Shown piece by piece: positions 26,827 through 32,000 of a stretch of DNA of 32,000 nt (its first letter is position 1; each line of letters opens with the position of its first letter). Origin of the DNA: Microcystis aeruginosa NIES-2549 (GTDB lineage Bacteria > Cyanobacteriota > Cyanobacteriia > Cyanobacteriales > Microcystaceae); NCBI RefSeq assembly GCF_000981785.2, contig NZ_CP011304.1:1170001-1202000 (forward strand). Reading direction: 5' to 3'. Under the pieces are notes generated by a model. It had not been told where the DNA came from. It saw only the letters and a program-made list of their open reading frames with translations, and searched no databases. The position numbers were made by a program, and so were the translations under genes.

Positions 26827-27384
26827 ACCGCTGCGAGGATCGCGAATATATAAACCTAACACCAGGGAGGAGATAACCGTATCCCAGACGGGGGTGAATT
26901 TTTCCGCATCATTGACCCAATAATCCATAGTAATTAAACATTGAACTCCGGAACCAATACCCACGGCAATGCGCGAATAAGCGGGTCGATTTTCTTGGGG
27001 GTCGATGAATTGAATTTGCACCCAAACAATGCGGACAGTTTGACGTTTTTCTTGGATAACTTCGCCGATTTCGTGAGGATTGCGGCTATCTTCACGAGCT
27101 AATTTTTTGACCATTCCTTTTAGGGGTAATTCTTTCCAATCTCCGGGGGGAAGTAGATTATAGGAAACCTCTAAACGACAATCATCATCGGGAGGTTTTC
27201 TATCTAAAAAACGAAAGGAATTATCATCGGGTTCAAAATGCCAATCCTGAGGAACTTCAAAGCGAACTGCACCGCGACCAGCTACAAAAATACTGTTACC
27301 CGGACTAGATTTCCAGTTATGATCTGGATTTAAGTCGAGGGTTTCTTTGATCCATTGCAGATTGTGTTTTTTCGATTTAGCCAT
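26809..27384 (-). CDS. Hypothetical protein (191 aa)
   Basis: Clean ORF with an AGGA 8 nt upstream of the ATG. Its 3' end overlaps the hydrolase gene by 18 bp. No motif recognised. Confidence 0.55.
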   Translation of the reverse strand: MAKSKKHNLQWIKETLDLNPDHNWKSSPGNSIFVAGRGAVRFEVPQDWHFEPDDNSFRFLDRKPPDDDCRLEVSYNLLPPGDWKELPLKGMVKKLAREDSRNPHEIGEVIQEKRQTVRIVWVQIQFIDPQENRPAYSRIAVGIGSGVQCLITMDYWVNDAEKFTPVWDTVISSLVLGLYIRDPRSGLAFPD

Positions 27385-27420
27385 AGCTATAATCCTGCGG
27401 TAAGAATCGGACTATAGCTA
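27384..27420 (-). promoter_or_regulatory. 5'-UTR hairpin covering the Shine-Dalgarno sequence and the first base of the start codon of the 191-aa gene
   Basis: mRNA sense: UAGCUAUAGUCC-(13 nt loop)-GGAUUAUAGCUA, immediately followed by UG. The stem is 12 bp. Its one non-Watson-Crick pair is G.U in the mRNA sense and would be A/C on the opposite strand. Confidence 0.4.
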
Positions 27421-27494
27421 TTATTATACAGGCTTTTTCCTGAGAATTAACCAAAGCTTCTGTCTTCACCCTTAAGATAACTGCTGTATAATTT

Positions 27495-28454
27495 TTAGAA
27501 ATCCCACAGCACAGGATTATCATCCAAGAAATCAGTTACCTGTTTACCAATATTATCAATTAATTTTAGGTCTTCTGGGGTTAAATTAATTGTCATTGCT
27601 TGAGCGTTATTAACTGCTTGAGCAGCATTTCTTACCCCAGCAATTGCATTAGTTTGGGGTTGCTTAATTAACCAAGCCAGAGATAATTGAGCTAGGGAAC
27701 AATTATAGCGGTTAGCAATCGGTTCTAATTGAGTTAAAGCCGCTTGTACCCTCTGAAAGTTTTCGCCATGAAAGAGTTTATTTTTAATTCTATGATCCTC
27801 GGATGCCAACTGATAACCGTTTCTAAATTTTCCTGTTAATAAACCTTGGGCAAGGGGAGAATAGGCTAGAATAGAAATATTATTGTCTATACAATAGGGC
27901 ATAATTTCCTTTTCTACCGAGCGCCAAAAGAGAGAATAGGGAGGTTGAATACTCTCAATTCTGCCGTATTGACCAGCTTCTTCCAGTTGAGAGCGGGAGA
28001 AATTGGAAACCCCGATAGCGCGAATTTTTCCCTCTGCTTTCAGATAATTAAGAGCGGCCATAGTTTCAGAAATAGGCACTATTTCCGTGTTCCATGAGCC
28101 ACTAGGCCAATGAATTTGATAAAGATCTATATAATCGGTTTGGAGGTTTTTTAAAGAGCGATGGCAAGCGGCGATAACTTCCTCGTATTTGAGGTGATTA
28201 GCAAAGACTTTGGTGGCATAAATTACCTGTTCTCGCACATCGGCCAAAGCTTGAGCGACAATCAATTCTGAGTGACCTTCCCCGTAGATTTCGGCTGTAT
28301 CTATAGTGGTAATTCCTGCCTCAAAAGCGGCACGAATGGCTTTAATACTTTCCTCATCTTCAATACCTGCCCACATCCTTTTTCCTGCTTGCCAAGTACC
28401 CACGAGAAGGGGAGTAATTTCTATATTAGTCTGACCGAGATAGCGTTTTTGCAT
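27495..28454 (-). CDS. Aldo/keto reductase family oxidoreductase
   Basis: 319 aa with IDTAEIYGEGHSE and the general AKR layout. Confidence 0.9.
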   Translation of the reverse strand: MQKRYLGQTNIEITPLLVGTWQAGKRMWAGIEDEESIKAIRAAFEAGITTIDTAEIYGEGHSELIVAQALADVREQVIYATKVFANHLKYEEVIAACHRSLKNLQTDYIDLYQIHWPSGSWNTEIVPISETMAALNYLKAEGKIRAIGVSNFSRSQLEEAGQYGRIESIQPPYSLFWRSVEKEIMPYCIDNNISILAYSPLAQGLLTGKFRNGYQLASEDHRIKNKLFHGENFQRVQAALTQLEPIANRYNCSLAQLSLAWLIKQPQTNAIAGVRNAAQAVNNAQAMTINLTPEDLKLIDNIGKQVTDFLDDNPVLWDF

Positions 28455-28515
28455 AACAGTTTTTTTGATGGGTTAAGTATGCTTAGGGTTTTAGTCGGGT
28501 TTAGGGCGGAAAATC

Positions 28516-28692
28516 TCAGCTAAAGAGGACTAAAGTGACAAGGATAAAAACTTTTACCAGTAGGGGTGTAAAAAACAAACTTAACAAGCCACAAAAAAGA
28601 CCCAATAAGCGGGTACTGAGGCTAATTATTTCGCCGTGAACATGGTAGCTAATCGACAGGGAGATTAGGGCTAGAGTAAGGAGAAAAATCAT
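28516..28692 (-). CDS. Candidate small membrane protein (58 aa, two hydrophobic helices), below the ORF-track size cutoff
   Basis: My translation: MIFLLTLALISLSISYHVHGEIISLSTRLLGLFCGLLSLFFTPLLVKVFILVTLVLFS. AGGAAAG lies 7 nt upstream of the ATG. The ORF fills most of an otherwise empty 358-bp gap and runs in the same direction as its neighbours. Confidence 0.4.
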   Translation of the reverse strand: MIFLLTLALISLSISYHVHGEIISLSTRLLGLFCGLLSLFFTPLLVKVFILVTLVLFS

Positions 28693-28812
28693 AGTTTTCT
28701 TTCCTGAGTCTATCGAGCAGAAAAGCCGTGACCGCTCACGACTTTTTGCCGCTTCTATATCTATTATTAGCTCGATTACTTAACCAATGACATCGGGTTA
28801 AAGTAAACTTTT

Positions 28813-30312
28813 TTAACGGAAAAGATTAAAAAATCCGTTGAAGAGGCCTGTCAGACCGGTAAAGGGACTTAAAACCGTGCCGAGGGTGTCGGTAGCAGAG
28901 GCCAGACCGTTACGATGAACCACAACCACATCATTATTGCGGAGAATCGGGTTAGTTTTCTCGTTGATACCCTGGGAAAAATCGATATTAATTGAGGTTT
29001 TGGTGACGGTCCCGTTAGGATTGAGACGAATTAATTCCACTGTGGACTGATTGGCCCGACGCTTATCAAAGTCTCCTGCGGTTAAAATTGCCTGATTGAG
29101 AGGGGTATTGGGAGGCACTTCAATTGTCCCCGGTTTGGCCACTTCTCCGACCACTTTCACGTTAATGGTTTTAGGGGCAAAACTGGCCGCTGCTAGGGTT
29201 TCCGATTCCTTGGCCGAGATGGCGGTAGCGGTGGGGATAATCACCGTATCCCCTTCTTGAAGAAAGATATCGCCGGTCATATCACCTTTATCGAGTAAAC
29301 TCCAGAGATCTACAGGGATTTTCTGCTGGGAACCGTCACGAGTATAACGCAGCACTTGCACCTGTCGGATATCGGCCAGAGGTTTGATGCCTCCCGCTTG
29401 TTGGATAGCTTGGGTTAGTCGGGCCGGTTTCCTGGTGCCACCGCGATCTTGGTCATTATTATTGTTATTGTTATTATTGGCAGTGGGGACAATACGATGG
29501 GACCCCGGACGATAAACTTCTCCCACCACAGTAACATTAATTTCTCGATCGCTATCTAGTCCAAAATTGGCATCAGCTAATTGATTGACTTCCCCGACGC
29601 TAAGGGTCGTTTTAGTGGGAATAACGATGCTATCGCCATCTCTAAGGCTAATATCTTGGGTTTTATCGCCTTTTTGGATTAATTGCCAGAGATTGGCTTG
29701 TATTAGCTGTTCTTGTCCCTTGAGGTTGCGTCGGATTTGAACTTGACCAATATCGGCCACCGTAGTCACTCCCCCCGCTTGCCGGATTATTTCGGTCAAT
29801 AGGGGCGTTTTTTGGCTTTGTTCGGGGTTAATTGTATAGGTTCCCGGGCGATTGACTTCTCCCGCGATGGCGATTTGCAGGGGCCGGGGGGTGAGAACGC
29901 TAACAGTAACCACGGGACGTTTGAGATAGGTGGTGTAACGTTTGGCCAAGGTTTGGCCGGCTTCGGTGACGGTCATTCCTTCCACTTTGACGCTACCAAT
30001 CAGAGGTAAAGTTAGGGTTCCATCGGCTAAAACAAGGAAATCGCCGCTTAAATCCGCCACTTGGTAGATGGTGACGCGCACTTTATCCCCTTCTCCTAGG
30101 GTGTAATCTTTGCTTTGGGCGGGGATAGGGGCGGTCGCTTCTTTAGGGGGGGCAGCACTACTCGGAGGAGTGGCTTGGACTGAGCGAGCTTCTAAGGAAG
30201 TTAGGGGGGCAATAGTGCCGATAATTAATAGATAACGTAGTGATTTACTGATTAAATCCTGTAATTGGCTGCTATTTAACATTATCAATAGGACTAATTT
30301 TATCGTTGACAT
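28813..30312 (-). CDS. Outer-membrane polysaccharide export protein (Wza-like: Poly_export domain plus three SLBB repeats)
   Basis: GDKVRVTIYQ...DGTLTLPLIG (Poly_export) followed by three V(V/A)GEV.(R/K)PG SLBB modules. The true start may be the internal Met (MLNSS...), which gives a signal-peptide-like N-terminus. Confidence 0.85.
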   Translation of the reverse strand: MSTIKLVLLIMLNSSQLQDLISKSLRYLLIIGTIAPLTSLEARSVQATPPSSAAPPKEATAPIPAQSKDYTLGEGDKVRVTIYQVADLSGDFLVLADGTLTLPLIGSVKVEGMTVTEAGQTLAKRYTTYLKRPVVTVSVLTPRPLQIAIAGEVNRPGTYTINPEQSQKTPLLTEIIRQAGGVTTVADIGQVQIRRNLKGQEQLIQANLWQLIQKGDKTQDISLRDGDSIVIPTKTTLSVGEVNQLADANFGLDSDREINVTVVGEVYRPGSHRIVPTANNNNNNNNDQDRGGTRKPARLTQAIQQAGGIKPLADIRQVQVLRYTRDGSQQKIPVDLWSLLDKGDMTGDIFLQEGDTVIIPTATAISAKESETLAAASFAPKTINVKVVGEVAKPGTIEVPPNTPLNQAILTAGDFDKRRANQSTVELIRLNPNGTVTKTSINIDFSQGINEKTNPILRNNDVVVVHRNGLASATDTLGTVLSPFTGLTGLFNGFFNLFR

Positions 30313-30442
30313 TGGCGATCAGTGTAGCACAAATAGTCGATCGCCTATGGAAACCCCCTCTAATATCGCATCTATCGAGAGTTACCGCTAACTGTAAGAT
30401 AGTGTTAACGATTGCCTGTATGTAAAGGGGTATATTAATTTT

Positions 30443-32000
30443 ATGACAGCTACTAGCACAATTCCCGATTTTTGTCAAGGGATAAAATATTTTGGGGCTT
30501 CCTTACCCGAATTTGATAAATATGCAGGAAAAGCCGCTATTGCTGAGGGAAAAACCGCTATTAGTGAGGCTAATGACCCGAATGCTATCTATCAAACCCT
30601 CTTAGCCGCCGATGCTTTGCGTTACCTCACCCTACAAATCACCGCTACCAAAGAATCGGGACACCCCGGCGGTTTTGCCAGCGCTGCCGATGTGATTGCC
30701 TCTTTGATGATGTTAGGCCAGAAAAATATTTTCACTGAAGTGGGCCATCATGCCCCCGGTTTTTATAGTAACGTCTTTCTTGATCGCTCTCTGGAAGCCA
30801 TGGGCATCAGCAACGTCACCCAATTGGGAGAACGTTTTCGGGAAAAACACGGACTTTTAGGGCATCTTTCCGGACAAATCCCCGGACTTCTTGGGCCGGC
30901 CGGTCCTCTGGGCCAAGGCCAACATTTTGCCATGGCGGCGGCCAAATTACACCCTAATACCCTTTTCCCTGTGACTATCGGGGATGGTGGTTTAGGAGAA
31001 CCCTACATTATGAGTAGTTTTGGTCATTTTCATACTGCTTATCCAGAAATTACCAATTTTCTGCCGATTTTAGTCTGGAATGGCTATTCCCAAGAACACC
31101 ATAGCATGGTTTCCCTGAAAACTAACGCCGAAATGGAAGCCTATTGGCGCGGTAATGGTTTCGAGGAAGTGATTCTCATTAATGCCAAAGACTTCGATGA
31201 TGCTAATCAAAATGGGGAATATGTAGATAGCACCAAATTCTCTTTTAACCAGCGTCTGGAGTTCATGAAAGTGGTGTTAATGGCCACGGATAAAGCCGCC
31301 CAATTAGCCCTAGGTGGTAAACTAACGGTGATCATTATTAAACAACTTAAAGGGGCGGGAGTTCACAAACGGGGAGCTGCTTCCCATAATCTTTATCCAG
31401 GCGATTCTTTAGAAAAAGATTATATCGTTAGTGCCTTACAGGAACGCGCTTTACCCCCTGAAGCTTGGGCAATTGTTCGTACTAATTTCGAGCGCTCTGG
31501 AGGCGGTCCGGCAGCAGAAACAGTGGTAACGGAAAAAGTCTTGCCGCTGCCAGATTTAGGAACCTTACCGATAACCGAATATACTGTGGGTGGCGATAAA
31601 AAAGTAGCCACCACTGCCATGGGGGAATTAGTGGTAGCTGTGGGTAAAGCTGACCCCAATTTTGTTGTCACTAATGCTGATGGTAATGCCGCTTCGGGAA
31701 TTAATAATATTAACGTCGGTTTAAAGATTATTCACCCCACCACCGATGATACCTATTTCCAAGCACCTAACGGTCAAGTTTATGAGCCTTTAAGCGAGGA
31801 TGCCTGTGCCGGGTTAGCCGTCGGTTTATCTCTCTTGGGAGGGCGGACTTTATGGTGTTCCTACGAGTCTTTTGCTATCAATGGTTTACCGATTTGGCAG
31901 ACTGTAACCCAAGCGATGGCCGAGTTACGTCGTCCCACCCCTTCTACTATTACTTTATTCACCGCCGGAGCCTTAGAGCAAGGGCGTAATGGTTGGACAC
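30443..32000 (+). CDS. ThDP-dependent transketolase/phosphoketolase-family enzyme, N-terminal 519 aa (the 3' end lies beyond the window)
   Basis: Missing from the ORF track because the frame stays open to the edge. The translation begins MTATSTIPDFCQGIKYFGASLPEF. It has a transketolase-like SGHPGG and a ThDP motif GDGGLGEP...(x)...WNGYS (GDG-x26-N), and ends in a phosphoketolase-like ...EQGRNGWT. Confidence 0.8.
   Translation, partial: MTATSTIPDFCQGIKYFGASLPEFDKYAGKAAIAEGKTAISEANDPNAIYQTLLAADALRYLTLQITATKESGHPGGFASAADVIASLMMLGQKNIFTEVGHHAPGFYSNVFLDRSLEAMGISNVTQLGERFREKHGLLGHLSGQIPGLLGPAGPLGQGQHFAMAAAKLHPNTLFPVTIGDGGLGEPYIMSSFGHFHTAYPEITNFLPILVWNGYSQEHHSMVSLKTNAEMEAYWRGNGFEEVILINAKDFDDANQNGEYVDSTKFSFNQRLEFMKVVLMATDKAAQLALGGKLTVIIIKQLKGAGVHKRGAASHNLYPGDSLEKDYIVSALQERALPPEAWAIVRTNFERSGGGPAAETVVTEKVLPLPDLGTLPITEYTVGGDKKVATTAMGELVVAVGKADPNFVVTNADGNAASGINNINVGLKIIHPTTDDTYFQAPNGQVYEPLSEDACAGLAVGLSLLGGRTLWCSYESFAINGLPIWQTVTQAMAELRRPTPSTITLFTAGALEQGRNGWT

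Noticed and set aside
1-32000. A search for CRISPR arrays, rRNA genes, intact IS transposases, integrases, reverse transcriptases, or toxin-antitoxin-like gene pairs.
   Set aside because: I found no regularly spaced 25-40-bp direct repeats with unique spacers. No ORF carries DDE, HUH, tyrosine-recombinase or RT motifs. All tandem repeats present are contiguous heptamers.

Overview
The window looks like a chromosomal segment of a unicellular cyanobacterium. This is inferred from many HIP1 palindromes (GCGATCGC, e.g. 2917-2924, 3960-3967), in-phase heptamer tandem repeats in intergenic DNA, and genes typical of the group (gap2, DUF4079, a GAF histidine kinase). The repeat style resembles Microcystis, but I cannot confirm that without a search.

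About 85% of the window is ordinary housekeeping coding sequence: lipA, rdgB, hflX, a DegT-type aminotransferase, fetB, gap2, two histidine kinases, a DRTGG protein, an MsbA-like ABC exporter, aroQ, mutL, der, ecfT, a peroxiredoxin, an ABC-F ATPase, a CocE/NonD hydrolase, an aldo/keto reductase, a Wza-like polysaccharide exporter and a transketolase/phosphoketolase-like enzyme.

Two genes run off the window edges and are missing from the ORF track: a fused nuclease-methyltransferase restriction-modification gene (1-1451, minus strand) and the ThDP enzyme (30443-32000, plus strand).

There are four accessory or unusual patches:
- 1-1740: an MmeI-like restriction-modification gene directly downstream of tRNA-Pro(CGG).
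- 16.56-16.85 kb: a 199-bp MITE with a 6-bp target duplication. Intact copies of its target site occur elsewhere in the window.
- 20.0-22.85 kb: a 1.2-kb ORF-poor region, then an orphan histidine kinase bracketed by inverted copies of a roughly 160-bp repeat, then a nest of further repeats.
- Smaller items: an unlisted 58-aa two-helix membrane ORF and a hairpin that covers the ribosome-binding site and start codon of a 191-aa gene.

I found no CRISPR array, rRNA, intact transposase, or recognisable multi-gene defence or biosynthetic cluster. The most unusual locus is the repeat-bracketed kinase cassette with its non-coding upstream region, and its function is unresolved from sequence alone.
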